A DNA stretch of 64,000 nucleotides from an uncultured bacterium (GCA_963749495.1 CAVVMW010000004.1:1-64000); one strand, 5' to 3'; positions 21,377-31,624 are shown, counted from the stretch's first letter. The notes: generated by a model from the letters alone, not told the origin. Program-made: numbers and translations.

Positions 21377-21403
21377 AAGGCGCCCGCGAGGGCGCCTTTT
21401 TTT
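21377..21403 (+). terminator. Rho-independent terminator
   Basis: GGCGCCC-GCGA-GGGCGCC followed by T7. Confidence 0.85.
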
Positions 21404-21429
21404 GTTTGCAGAGAGGCGTCGCCGGGCGC

Positions 21430-21545
21430 GAAGCGTTTTGGACTGCGGCAGTCCTCTGCCGCTTTTCTGTCCCCTGGCTGCGGACGTGAAAGCGCCGGAG
21501 GGCTGGCGCAGTCCAAAACCTTGCGGCTTGGGGTCGGTTCATGGA
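21430..21545. repeat. Palindromic element family D (TTTTGGACTGCGGCAGTCC...GCAGTCCAAAA)
   Basis: Copies at 23227-23352 and 59483-59670; variant at 53990-54075. Confidence 0.8.
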
Positions 21546-21612
21546 AGGGGCCAACGCGCGCGAAAACGCATTTGCCCTGCTGCCTGCTGTGGGGGCATAC
21601 TAGGCCCTGCGC

Positions 21613-22167
21613 TTGAGAATACTCGTTGCTATCACGGGAGCCAGCGGCGCCCTTTACGCCCAGCGCCTGCTGGACAATCTGGCTTCCACTCCGCACGAAC
21701 TGCACGTCGTGCTCAGCCAATATGCCCAGGCGGTCGTCGCCCAGGAGTTGGCCGGCGGCCTGCGCCTGCCGGCGGGCGCCCGCTTGCACAACCTCAAGAG
21801 CATGCAGGCCCCCTTCGCCAGCGGCTCCAATCCCCCGGAGGCGATGGTCATCATCCCCTGCACCATGGGCACGCTGGGGCGCATCGCCCAGGGCCTCAGC
21901 CAGGACCTCCTCCTGCGCGCTGCCAACGTCGTCCTCAAGGAGAAGCGAAAACTCATCCTGGTTCCCCGCGAGACCCCGCTCAACCTGGTCCACCTCAAGA
22001 ACCTCGAATTGCTGCTCCTGGCCGGCGCCATCATCCTGCCGGCCAATCCCTCCTTCTACACCTGCCCGCAGACGGTCGAGCAGGTGGCCGACACCGTTGT
22101 GGCGCGGGTGCTGGACCACCTGGCGGTGCCGCACAAACTGGCGCCCAGGTGGGGGGAGCCCAAGTAA
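21613..22167 (+). CDS. ubiX: Flavin prenyltransferase UbiX
   Basis: VAITGASGA, APFASGS, PCTMGTL, LVPRETPL, PANPSFY. Confidence 0.92.
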   Translation: MRILVAITGASGALYAQRLLDNLASTPHELHVVLSQYAQAVVAQELAGGLRLPAGARLHNLKSMQAPFASGSNPPEAMVIIPCTMGTLGRIAQGLSQDLLLRAANVVLKEKRKLILVPRETPLNLVHLKNLELLLLAGAIILPANPSFYTCPQTVEQVADTVVARVLDHLAVPHKLAPRWGEPK

Positions 22168-22190
22168 GGCGCACCGGATGCGCCCTGGCC

Positions 22191-23093
22191 ATGTTCCACA
22201 CCCTCCGCAAATGGGCTGATTTCGTGAAGTTGCCGCACACGGCCTTTGCCCTGCCCTTCGCACTGGCGGCCATGGCCGTGGCCGCCCGCCAGGACCGCGG
22301 CTGGCCGGGTTGGGCAAAGTTCGGCCTCATCCTGGCGGCGATGGTTTGCGCCCGCACCTGCGCCATGACCTTCAATCGCATTGTGGACCGCAAATTCGAC
22401 GCGATGAACCCGCGCACGGCCCGGCGGCACCTGGCCGCAGGCCAGATCCGCCTGGCCGGGGCCATCGCCTTGTGGCTGCTCTCCGGCGCCGGCCTGGTGG
22501 TCTCCAGCTTCTTCCTCAACCGCCTCTGTTTCTGCCTCTCGCCGCTGGCGCTGGCGGTCATCTGCTTTTACTCGCTGACCAAGCGTTTCACCGATTATAC
22601 GCACCTCTATCTGGGGCTGGCCCTGGCCCTGGCCCCGGTAGGCGCCTGGCTGGCCGTCAAAGGGACCCAGATCTCGGGCCTGGAGGTGGCGCAGATGCTG
22701 GTCCTGGCGGCCGTGGTCGTGCTGTGGCTGGTCGGTTTCGATATGATCTACGCCATCCAGGACTACGAGTTTGACCGCCGGCACGGTCTGCGCTCGCTGG
22801 TCGTGGCGTGGGGACCGCAAAACGCCCTCCGGGCTTCGTTCCTGGCCCATAGCCTCATGTGCGGACTGCTCTTCGCCTTTGGCGTTCTGTGCCGCTTCTA
22901 CATCGCCTATCTGGTCGGCTGGCTCATCATCGTCGTCTGCCTCCTGCTCGAACACTGGATTGCCCGCCGCCGCAGCCTCAATTGGATTCAGCTCGCCTTC
23001 TTCCGTCTCAATGTCCTGATCAGCGCTGTCTTCTTTTTCGTCACCCTCGCCGAGGTCGTCTTCGAGGGAGGGTTCAAGCTCAGGCAGCCCTAG
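22191..23093 (+). CDS. UbiA-family polyprenyltransferase (MqnP-like)
   Basis: VKLPHTAFALPF, FNRIVDRKFDAMNPRT, YSLTKRF, GFDMIYAIQDYEFD. Confidence 0.9.
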   Translation: MFHTLRKWADFVKLPHTAFALPFALAAMAVAARQDRGWPGWAKFGLILAAMVCARTCAMTFNRIVDRKFDAMNPRTARRHLAAGQIRLAGAIALWLLSGAGLVVSSFFLNRLCFCLSPLALAVICFYSLTKRFTDYTHLYLGLALALAPVGAWLAVKGTQISGLEVAQMLVLAAVVVLWLVGFDMIYAIQDYEFDRRHGLRSLVVAWGPQNALRASFLAHSLMCGLLFAFGVLCRFYIAYLVGWLIIVVCLLLEHWIARRRSLNWIQLAFFRLNVLISAVFFFVTLAEVVFEGGFKLRQP

Positions 23094-23435
23094 GGCCGAA
23101 GGCCCGTCATGTGATAGCCCGGGCTGGAGCGAAGCGGAGGCCCGGGCAAGCGAGTGCCCCTCGAAACGGCCCCGACCTGTAAGGCCGGGACACGTTGCCC
23201 AGGAACCCGAGCCTTGTGGCGGCCTCCTCATGAACCGACACCAAGTCCGAAGGTTTTGGACTGCGGCAGTCCAAAACGCTTCGCGGGACGGGAACGCAGT
23301 GTCGAGGTTCAGGGGCGCAAAGCGCGAATTCGTTCCGGGAATTCTTACAGGGCGCGGCAAATGACGGCCTGGTGACCTGGGCCTCCGCTCGCAAGCTCGC
23401 TCCAGCCCAGGCTGTCACATTTCGGGCTTTCAGCC
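23092..23435. repeat. Composite nested palindromic repeat (AGGGCCGAAGGCCC... outer unit with family D unit inside)
   Basis: Counterpart at 59406-59790. Confidence 0.75.
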
Positions 23436-23504
23436 CGCAGAGCTTTTTTCTCGCTCCCCGCCTGGGGCACAGGTTATTGTCCGGGCGCAGAAGACCACTG
23501 GCTT

Positions 23505-23984
23505 ATGGATGAATTATTGAAGATACTGCAGGCCAATGCCCTGGAGTCGCGCCAGAGTATCGCGCGGATGCTCGGGGTGCCCGCGGCCGAGGTGGAGCGG
23601 CGCATAGCCGACTACGAGAAACGCGGGGTGATCCGGGGCTACCAGGCCATCCTCAACGAAGACCAACTGGGCCTGGAGCGCGTCACAGCCGTCATCGAGG
23701 TGAAGGTGACGCCTCAGCGCGAGGGTGGGTTCGACACGATTGCGGACCGGATCAGCCGATATCCCGAGGTGCGGTCGGCCTACCTGATGAGCGGCACCTA
23801 CGACCTGCTGCTCTTCGTCGAGGGGGCGACGTTGCGGGAAGTGGCGGCATTTGTGAGCGAGCGATTGGCTCCCTTGGAAGGGGTGCTCTCGACCTCGACC
23901 CATTTCATGCTCAAGACCTACAAGCGCTTCGGCGTGCTGATGAACCAGGAACCTTCGGATGAACGCCTCACCGTCACTCCGTAG
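23505..23984 (+). CDS. Lrp/AsnC family regulator
   Basis: N-terminal HTH, GVIRGY, YLMSGTYDL, STSTHFMLK. Confidence 0.9.
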   Translation: MDELLKILQANALESRQSIARMLGVPAAEVERRIADYEKRGVIRGYQAILNEDQLGLERVTAVIEVKVTPQREGGFDTIADRISRYPEVRSAYLMSGTYDLLLFVEGATLREVAAFVSERLAPLEGVLSTSTHFMLKTYKRFGVLMNQEPSDERLTVTP

Positions 23985-25135
23985 CCGGCTGCAGCACGGC
24001 GGTGCGGGACATCCCGCGCTCGGGGATTCGCGATTTCTTCAACATCGTCACGACAATGCGGGACGTGATCAGCCTGGGCATTGGCGAACCGGACTTCGAC
24101 ACGCCATGGCATGTGCGCGAGTCAACCGTGTTTGCCCTGGAACGGGGCGCCACCCACTACACCAGCAACCTGGGCTACATCGAGTTGCGCCGCGCCCTGG
24201 CCGGCTACGTCCGCCAGACCTTTGGGGCCGATTACAACCCCGACACCGAGATCCTGGTCACCGTCGGCGTCAGCGAGGCCCTGGACCTGGCCTTGCGCGC
24301 CTTGCTCAACCCGGGCGACGAGGTCCTCTATCACGAACCTTGCTACGTCTCCTACCGGGCGACCATCCTCTTCGCCCACGGCGTGCCGGTCGTGGTCCAG
24401 ACCCGCCCCCAAAACGGCTTCCGCCTCACCCGCGCCCTGCTCGAGGACAAGGTCACCGCCCGGACCAAGGCCCTCCTGCTCAACTTCCCCAACAACCCCA
24501 CCGGCGCCGTCATGGACCGCGCCGACCTCGATGCCATCGCCGATTTCGTCCGCGAGCGCGACCTGCTGGTCATCACCGACGAGATCTACGGCGAGCTGAC
24601 TTATGACAGGCCGCACACCAGCCTGGTGAGCCTGCCGGGCCTGCGCGAGCGGACCATCTTCCTTCACGGCTTCTCCAAGGCCTGGGCCATGACCGGCTTC
24701 CGCCTGGGCTACGCCTGCGCCCCAGCCGAACTCATCGAGGCCATGATGAAAATCCACCAATACACCATGCTCTGCGCCTCGTCCCTGGGGCAGAAGGCCG
24801 CCATCGAAGCCCTGGCCCGGCCCGCCTCCGACATCCACGACATGCTCCAGGAATACCGCCGCCGCCGCAACTTCATCGTCGGCGCCTTCGCCGAGATGGG
24901 CCTGGAGTGCCACCGCCCCCTGGGCGCCTTCTATGCCTTCCCCAGCATCGCCAGGTCCGGGCTCTCCTCCAAAGACTTCGCCCTGCAACTGCTCAAGGAA
25001 CAGAAGGTCGCCGTCGTCCCCGGCTCCGCCTTCGGCGCCTGCGGCGAAGGCTTCGTCCGCTGCGCCTACGCCGCCAGCATGGCCAACATTAAAGAGGCCA
25101 TGGCCAGACTGAACCGCTTTGTCGCCAAATGGTGA
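23959..25135 (+). CDS. PLP-dependent aminotransferase class I/II (probable frameshift ~23995)
   Basis: SLGIGEPDF, NFPNNPTG, TDEIY, GFSKAWAMTGFRLG, VPGSAFG. Confidence 0.92.
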
Positions 25136-25139
25136 GTCA

Positions 25140-25348
25140 CCGCGCAGCGGTGTCCGATGGTAGCCGTGGACTTCCAGTCCACGGACCCGCGGCCCAATCT
25201 CACCGGCGTCGCGTAGCGACGCCTGAAAAAGGGATTGGATGTCCCAACGCCAACTTGTCAGGCGTCGCTACGCGACGCCCCACCCTTTCCCACGCCCCAA
25301 ACCGTGGACCGAGGTCCACGGCCACCTTCATTGCGTCGCTCCGCAACG
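25140..25348. repeat. Palindromic REP-like element (CCGTGGACT..GTCCACGG / CGTCGCGTAGCGACG)
   Basis: Nested inverted repeats read directly. Confidence 0.75.
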
Positions 25349-25421
25349 CCTGCGCTGCCTCACAAGCCCTTCAAAAAAAATGCTTGCGCTCCGGGGAAAA
25401 TGGGTGTCCTATAATACTGAC

Positions 25422-25766
25422 GTGAAGTCCTGGACCGCAGCAAAGCGCCCGTGCAGGCTCGGCGTGTTGGCCGCCGGCTTGATGCTGGTGCTTTGGCTGG
25501 TCACAGTGGCCCTGGCCATCTCACCGGAACTGCATCGGCTGCTGCACGGGGATGCCCAGAATGTCAACCACCAGTGCCTGGTCACCCTCGTGCAGCAACA
25601 CCTGTTCCTGGACGGCGGCCATGCCGTGCTCGCGCCGGTGGTTTCCCCCAGTGCCCTCGGACTTGCCGTCATCGTCGAAAACTCTCGTTGCGTAGCGCGG
25701 GATTACCGTGTCTCCCCCAGCCGGGCCCCGCCTGCGCTCTTCTCTCCCACCCCGGTTGTCGGTTAG
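25422..25766 (+). CDS. DUF2946-like leader protein with C-terminal RAPP motif
   Basis: TM helix, HRLLH...HQC, SRAPP near C-terminus; precedes the metal uptake operon; TATAAT at 25410-25415. Confidence 0.6.
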   Translation: MKSWTAAKRPCRLGVLAAGLMLVLWLVTVALAISPELHRLLHGDAQNVNHQCLVTLVQQHLFLDGGHAVLAPVVSPSALGLAVIVENSRCVARDYRVSPSRAPPALFSPTPVVG

Positions 25767-25897
25767 AGGCGGGGCCAAAGACTCCCAGCCTCGCCCTCTC
25801 AACCCTCAGCCTCCCACCTATTGGCGACCCAGGGAGTCAGAAGCCCTTTCCGGATGCCGAATTCGCGCGTCCGGGCAAGGTCAATTTGAATAAAAAA

Positions 25898-27340
25898 ATG
25901 AACCTAACCAGACTGATAGGGTGGTCTTCTGCCCTTTGCCTGAGCACAATGCTCGCCCAGGCCCAGCAGACAAATCAATTAGAGAAGTTCGATAAGCAGT
26001 TAAAAGAGATCCAGGAGAGTTTTAACAAACAGCAGCGCGAGATGCGGGAGAATTTCGAGCGCATGTTGCGCGACCAGCAGGCGCAGATCGATGCGCTCAA
26101 AAAGCAGCTCGCCACCGCGACCAACGCCGTGGCCGGCACGGCGCAAACCAACCAGGCCGCGGCCACCGAGCAGTTGCGGGAGTTGCGGCAAACGGTGGAT
26201 CAAGTCATCGAGGCGCAGAAGAAGATCCGCCCGGGCGAATTCAACCCCGCCATCGGGGTGGTGGGCGAGACGATTTTTTCGTACCGCTCGCAAGGCTCCG
26301 GGCAAACGGGGAGCGATCGGGCCGGAGGCTTCGATGCGTTTCAGAGGTCGGTCGAGTTGAACATCGCGGCGTCGGTGGATCCGTTCGCGAAGGCCTACGC
26401 GGTGATCAACGCCTCTGCGGACGCTGCCACCGGGGAGGCGACGCTGGGCGTGGAAGAAGCGGCGCTGCAGACGACCTCGTTGCCGTGGAATCTCGAGCTG
26501 AAAGCCGGGAGGTTCTTTGCGGAGTTCGGCAAGCTGTCTTACATTCACGATCACGAATTGCCATTCGTGAATCGTCCGTTGGCCCTCGATCAATATATTG
26601 GCGGCGAGTCCCGAACCGACGGCGCGCAACTCAATTGGCTGCCGCCGATCCCGCATTACGTGAGCTTGACGACCGGGCTGGGCGTCGGATTCGGAGGGGA
26701 CAGCCCGTTGAACAACCCCGGCACCTACCGGGCCTTGAGCGGATTCAATTATTTTGGGCGGCTCTCGACCTATTTCGATCTCACGCCCAACCTGCAATTG
26801 GAAACGGGCATTTCGGGGCTGATCAATCCCAGCACCCAGGATCGCGGCGGCGCCCTGCCCCAACCCAATGGCAGCGCGCTCACGCTGACCGAAAAGGAAC
26901 GCCGGGTCGCGGGGCTCGATGTCAAGCTCAGCTATGTTCCGCTCCGCAACAACCAGTTCCAGAGATTGGACTGGGGCACCGAGGTGCTTCACAGCGACAG
27001 CCGCTTTCTCTTCGATCCGGATGGGACGCCTGCCAACGGCAACGAGTTCCTGGGCGGAGTCGATTCGCTTGGCATGTATTCATACCTCACTTACAAATGG
27101 CACCGCCAATGGAGCGCGGGCTTTCTGTTCGACTACGCGCAAAACGCTGAAAACCACCACGCTGAGACTTTCGCCTATTCCCCCTACATCACGTGGGCCC
27201 TCAGCCACTGGAACCAACTGCGTCTCCAATACACTCATACTGAACCCAACGCGGCCACCGGCTTGCGGCCCGACGATGCGATTTACCTGCAATGGGCGTG
27301 GATCATCGGGGCGCATTCGCACGGCTGGCAGGCGCGCTGA
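25898..27340 (+). CDS. Outer-membrane beta-barrel with N-terminal coiled coil, probably metal-uptake associated
   Basis: Signal peptide, coiled coil, FNPAIG, ASVDP, EEA, HDHELPFVNRP, IGAHSH C-terminus. Confidence 0.75.
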   Translation: MNLTRLIGWSSALCLSTMLAQAQQTNQLEKFDKQLKEIQESFNKQQREMRENFERMLRDQQAQIDALKKQLATATNAVAGTAQTNQAAATEQLRELRQTVDQVIEAQKKIRPGEFNPAIGVVGETIFSYRSQGSGQTGSDRAGGFDAFQRSVELNIAASVDPFAKAYAVINASADAATGEATLGVEEAALQTTSLPWNLELKAGRFFAEFGKLSYIHDHELPFVNRPLALDQYIGGESRTDGAQLNWLPPIPHYVSLTTGLGVGFGGDSPLNNPGTYRALSGFNYFGRLSTYFDLTPNLQLETGISGLINPSTQDRGGALPQPNGSALTLTEKERRVAGLDVKLSYVPLRNNQFQRLDWGTEVLHSDSRFLFDPDGTPANGNEFLGGVDSLGMYSYLTYKWHRQWSAGFLFDYAQNAENHHAETFAYSPYITWALSHWNQLRLQYTHTEPNAATGLRPDDAIYLQWAWIIGAHSHGWQAR

Positions 27341-27359
27341 ACCCGAAAGGAGAAACAAT

Positions 27360-28301
27360 ATGAAATCAAAACTGTTCCATTGTCTCACTGCAGCCATGGT
27401 CGCCGCCGCTGCCCTGGCGGCGCAGCCGGCCCACGCCGCCAAGGTCCGTGTCGTCACGACGCTCACCGACCTGGCCGACCTCACGCGCGCCGTCGGGGGC
27501 GAGTATGTGGAGGTGTTCAGCCTGGCCACAGGCGTCGAAGACACCCACGGCGTCCCGATGAAACCGAGCTTTGTGCCCATCATGAACCGGGCTGACCTCA
27601 TGGTGTCGATCGGATTCGGGTGCGAACACGCGTTTCTGCCCGCCCTCCTGGAAGCGAGCAAGAACCCGCGCATCCAGTTCGGCAAACCCGGCTACGTGGA
27701 TTGCTCGCCCGGCATCGCGCCGTTATCCGTCCCCAAGTCCACCGATCACTCGGAAGGGGACGTCCATCCCTACGGCAACCCCCATTACATGCTCGATCCG
27801 GTCCTGGCCAAGATCGCCCTGGGGCACATCTATGACGCGCTCGTAGAGATAGCCCCGGAACATGAAGCGGACTTCAAGCGCAACCGGGATGCCTACCTCG
27901 CCAAGCTTGACGCCAAGATTGCAGAATGGCTCAAAGAAACGCAACCGCTCAAGGGGTTGAAATTCATCTCCTACCACGAGGAGTGGGAGTATTTCGCGGA
28001 GCGCTTCGGGATGAAGGTGTACGGCACGATTGAACTGAAGCCGGGCATCGATCCAACGCCACGCCACATCGAACAACTCATCCTCGGGATGAAAGCCGAA
28101 AAGGTTCCCATCGTCATTCGCGAGCCGCAGTTCCCGGAAAAGGTGCCCGCGCTCATTGCGCGACAGACCGGCGCCACACTGCTCAAGCTGCCGATCATGC
28201 CGGGCGGCGCGCCGAACACCGAGACGTATATCAAAATGATCGATTACAACGTCCATGCCATGCTCGACGCCGCAAGGGCAAGAGGTTCGGCCTCGCAGTG
28301 A
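27360..28301 (+). CDS. Zn/Mn ABC transporter substrate-binding protein (ZnuA-like)
   Basis: VVTT, DTH, GDVHPYGNPHYMLDP, SYHEEWEYF, ELKPGIDPTPRH. Confidence 0.9.
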   Translation: MKSKLFHCLTAAMVAAAALAAQPAHAAKVRVVTTLTDLADLTRAVGGEYVEVFSLATGVEDTHGVPMKPSFVPIMNRADLMVSIGFGCEHAFLPALLEASKNPRIQFGKPGYVDCSPGIAPLSVPKSTDHSEGDVHPYGNPHYMLDPVLAKIALGHIYDALVEIAPEHEADFKRNRDAYLAKLDAKIAEWLKETQPLKGLKFISYHEEWEYFAERFGMKVYGTIELKPGIDPTPRHIEQLILGMKAEKVPIVIREPQFPEKVPALIARQTGATLLKLPIMPGGAPNTETYIKMIDYNVHAMLDAARARGSASQ

Positions 28302-28347
28302 TCTCGTCTGCGGAAGTTCCTCCGGCCGGCCGGCAGCGGGACGCGCT

Positions 28348-28818
28348 TCACGCGCCCGCTGCCGGTTCGGTAGTCCGGGAAGCAGGACCTTGCGTTGGAG
28401 TCACATCTCGCAACACTCGCGGTCCGCCGTTGTCATCCAGGGCGGCGCCGTCCTGGATGGCGATTCGGCGGAAACCCAGCCCCTCGAAGAACTTCTGGAT
28501 CTCGTCCATGCCTCCGTTAGCGACCATCGGATCGGGGCTATATCGCCGATCCAAGACTACAACGACGAAATCCCGAGGCGTCTTGAGGTTTCGCAACAAC
28601 TTCACCACCGCCGCCCGGGTGAAGGTCTTGGTGCGCAGTGTCAGTGTGCCTGCCGTGCCCGTGAGATCAGGCTTGATGAGTGCAATCGAGTTCCACGACT
28701 GAAAACTGACGACCAGATTGGCTTGCGCCTGCTGGCGCGCCCCGGGGCTGGACTGGGGCATCGTTTCGCAACCGGCCAGGATTGTGCAGAGAAGCAGACA
28801 GATATATAATCGGAACAT
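28348..28818 (-). CDS. Hypothetical lipoprotein, antisense within the ABC operon
   Basis: MFRLYICLLLCTILAG-C lipobox; 156 aa with globular composition. Confidence 0.65.
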   Translation of the reverse strand: MFRLYICLLLCTILAGCETMPQSSPGARQQAQANLVVSFQSWNSIALIKPDLTGTAGTLTLRTKTFTRAAVVKLLRNLKTPRDFVVVVLDRRYSPDPMVANGGMDEIQKFFEGLGFRRIAIQDGAALDDNGGPRVLRDVTPTQGPASRTTEPAAGA

Positions 28819-28819
28819 A

Positions 28820-29548
28820 ATGCCGGCTAACGCTAGTGCTGAACTGATCGACCTGCAAGACCTGGCCATCGGCTATGACGGCCAGCCGATACTGTCCGGC
28901 ATTTCGATTTCCATCGCCCGTTCCAGTTTCACGGCCATCCTCGGCGCCAACGGCTCGGGAAAATCCACGCTGCTCAAGACTTTGCTCGGTCTGCTGCCGC
29001 CCGTCTCCGGGGCAATCCGCGTTGCGGGGGTTGGGGACCGCAGGCCGGTGTTCGGCTATGTGCCGCAGGCAGTCCAGTTCGATCCGCTCTATCCGCTCAC
29101 CGGGTTCGATGTTGCGTTGATGGGAACTTACGGGCGGGTCCGGGCGGGCCGGTGGGTTGGCCGGAGCGAACGCGCCTTTGCCTGGGAATGCCTGCGCGCG
29201 AGCGCCGCCGATGGCTTCGCGCGCAAACGGTTCAACCAGCTTTCAGGCGGCCAGAAGCAGCGCGTGCTCATCGCCCGCGCGCTGGCGACACGGCCTGACA
29301 TTCTCGTCCTGGATGAGCCGACGGCGGGCGTGGACGCCGTGGCGACACGCGGGTTGCTGGAGTTCATTTCGCAGGTTCACGAGGAACAAAAGCTGACCGT
29401 CCTGCTGGTGACGCACGACGTGCCTTTGGTGCGCAAGCACGCGCAGCAGGTCATCTGGCTCCATGAGGGCCGGGTCTTGCACGGACCGGTGGCCCAATTG
29501 TTCACCCGCGAACGGATGGCGGAGATTTTCGAACTGGAGCTCGGCTGA
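28820..29548 (+). CDS. Metal ABC transporter ATPase (ZnuC-like)
   Basis: GANGSGKS, GYVPQ, LSGGQKQR, LDEP, VTHD. Confidence 0.92.
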   Translation: MPANASAELIDLQDLAIGYDGQPILSGISISIARSSFTAILGANGSGKSTLLKTLLGLLPPVSGAIRVAGVGDRRPVFGYVPQAVQFDPLYPLTGFDVALMGTYGRVRAGRWVGRSERAFAWECLRASAADGFARKRFNQLSGGQKQRVLIARALATRPDILVLDEPTAGVDAVATRGLLEFISQVHEEQKLTVLLVTHDVPLVRKHAQQVIWLHEGRVLHGPVAQLFTRERMAEIFELELG

Positions 29549-29549
29549 C

Positions 29550-30434
29550 ATGGAATCGCTGCGGCACATTCTCTCTCCCGATTTCTTGATGCGGAACTCG
29601 GTTTATACCAGCGTGCTGATCGGATTCGCCTGCCCGCTGGTCGGGGTCTTTCTGGTCCTGCGGCGGCTGGTCTTTATCGGCGTCGCCCTGCCCCAAATCT
29701 CCTCCCTGGGCATCGCGGTCGCCCTTTCGGTTCCCATGTGGCTGGGCCTTTTGCAGCCGGAACACGCCGCACACACCGAGCATCTTTACGCCTTCGCCGG
29801 CTCGACGTTTTTTTCCCTGGGAGCGATCCTGGTGATGGCCTTTTTGGAGCGGCGCGGAACAGGTTCGCCCGAGGGAAGGCTGGGCACAGCCTACGTCGTG
29901 GCCGCGGCGCTGAGCATCATCATTCTTTCACAGAACCGCTACGGGGAGGTGGGATGGCTGGATCTGATGAAGGGCGAGGTGATTACCATTGATGATGCCG
30001 ACCTTCTTCTGACGGGCATCACCCTCGCGCTGGTGCTGGCGGCGCTCGGCCTGTTTCACAAGGAGATTTTATTCGTCTCGTTCGACCGGGCGATGGCAGC
30101 CACGCTCGGCAAGAACATCGTTTTTTGGGACCTGCTCCTCTATCTGCTCATCGGGTTGACCGTTTCGATGACCGTGTTGAGCGTCGGACCGCTCATTGCC
30201 TTCGGTTTTCTGCTGATTCCCGCGCTGACCTCGCACCTCTTTGCCCGGACCATGCGCCAGTTCACCCTGGCGGCGTCGTTGTTGGGCGGCGCGTCGGCAT
30301 TCGTCGGTTTTTGGGTCGCTTACCAATACAATTTGCCGGTCGGGCCGACGGATGTCGTGTTGTTGGGCGTCGTTTATTTTGCGGGCTTTGTGGCCTGGAA
30401 GCTCTGGGGGGCCTTAGGGCGCGCCGCAAAATAA
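29550..30434 (+). CDS. Metal ABC transporter permease (ZnuB-like)
   Basis: GVFLVLRR, SFDR..A, LLIPA, NLPVGP; multiple TM helices. Confidence 0.9.
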   Translation: MESLRHILSPDFLMRNSVYTSVLIGFACPLVGVFLVLRRLVFIGVALPQISSLGIAVALSVPMWLGLLQPEHAAHTEHLYAFAGSTFFSLGAILVMAFLERRGTGSPEGRLGTAYVVAAALSIIILSQNRYGEVGWLDLMKGEVITIDDADLLLTGITLALVLAALGLFHKEILFVSFDRAMAATLGKNIVFWDLLLYLLIGLTVSMTVLSVGPLIAFGFLLIPALTSHLFARTMRQFTLAASLLGGASAFVGFWVAYQYNLPVGPTDVVLLGVVYFAGFVAWKLWGALGRAAK

Positions 30435-30535
30435 GTTTGCCAATCTGCCTTGTTCTCTTGCCGTCCGGCTCGTCCGACCCGTCAGACCGGTCCGACCTGT
30501 CCGACCGGTCCTGCTGCGGGCACCCGGCCACTGGA

Positions 30536-31474
30536 TCACGGTTTGAGGAAGAAATTGCGTTGTTTTTGCGTGATGGGCAGGCCCAGCCTGGCCATGACCT
30601 GGAGCATGTCCTCCCAGACCTTGCGTTTCTCGCTCATCAACTGGTTGCGGAGGAGGTAGGCGGGGTGGTAAGTGGGCATGAGCGGGATGCCGCGGAAGGT
30701 CTGCCATTGGCCGCGCAGGCGGGTGATGCCGACCGCGCTTTTGCCCTGCAACCCCTCGAGGGCTGTGGCCCCCAGCCCGACGATCACCTTGGGACCGATG
30801 AGGTCGATCTGCCGGTGCAGATACGGGATGCAGGTCCGCATCTCTTCGGACGTGGGCTTGCGGTTGCCGGCGCTCTGGCCGGGGGTGTCGGGCCGGCACT
30901 TGAGGATGTTGGCAATATAGACCGAGTTGCGCGCCAGCCCCATGGCCTGGATGATCCGGGTCAGCAACTGCCCGGCCTTGCCCACGAACGGCTCGCCCTG
31001 CTCGTCTTCGTCGAGCCCGGGGGCCTCGCCCACGAACATGAGCTGGGCGTTGATGTCGCCGACGCCGAAAACCACGTTGCGGCGGGCGGCGGCCAGGTGC
31101 GGGCATTTCACGCATGGCATCACCTGCGCGCGCAGTTCGGCCCAGGCCGCCGCCTTGGCCTCCGGGCTGAGCGCCGGGCCGGCGAGGGCTGGCGCGGGCG
31201 CCTCCTCCAACCCGAGCGCCAAGGGTTGCTCGGAGGCGGCCCCGGCCTCGGCGCTGCGAGGGGTGGGCGGCGGCTGTGGCGCAGCCACCCGGGCCGGCGC
31301 CCGCGCGCCTGCGGGCGGCGGCGCCAGCGGGTTCCGAGCCGGCGCCACGCGCCCCCCCTGCGCCAGGCCCGACAGCGTCTCGGGCGACACTACCACGAAC
31401 CGGGTGCCCCGGGCCTTCATCCCTTCCAACCGCTCGATGGCCGCCTCGAGCAGTTGATGGTACAGATCAGACAT
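30536..31474 (-). CDS. Uracil-DNA glycosylase family 4
   Basis: CVKC, FVGEAPG, PFVG, NILKCRP, TYHPAYLLR. Confidence 0.92.
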   Translation of the reverse strand: MSDLYHQLLEAAIERLEGMKARGTRFVVVSPETLSGLAQGGRVAPARNPLAPPPAGARAPARVAAPQPPPTPRSAEAGAASEQPLALGLEEAPAPALAGPALSPEAKAAAWAELRAQVMPCVKCPHLAAARRNVVFGVGDINAQLMFVGEAPGLDEDEQGEPFVGKAGQLLTRIIQAMGLARNSVYIANILKCRPDTPGQSAGNRKPTSEEMRTCIPYLHRQIDLIGPKVIVGLGATALEGLQGKSAVGITRLRGQWQTFRGIPLMPTYHPAYLLRNQLMSEKRKVWEDMLQVMARLGLPITQKQRNFFLKP

Positions 31475-31624
31475 CGCTGTCGATATAGCCCCTCTGCGGC
31501 CATTGGCAAGCGGGGATTCGGGGCGAGCCGGGCGGAGCGCATCCGGACGCGGCCCCCCGGAACGCCGCAGTTACGCGGCAGGGGCGTTGCCCTACAACAC
31601 CGGACTTTCAGTGACTTTCACGAC

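Noticed and set aside
28944..28970. GGCGCCAACGGCTCGGGAAAATCC similarity to the 63-bp ATPase repeat
   Set aside because: Limited to the shared Walker A codons (GANGSGKS) of an unrelated transporter ATPase
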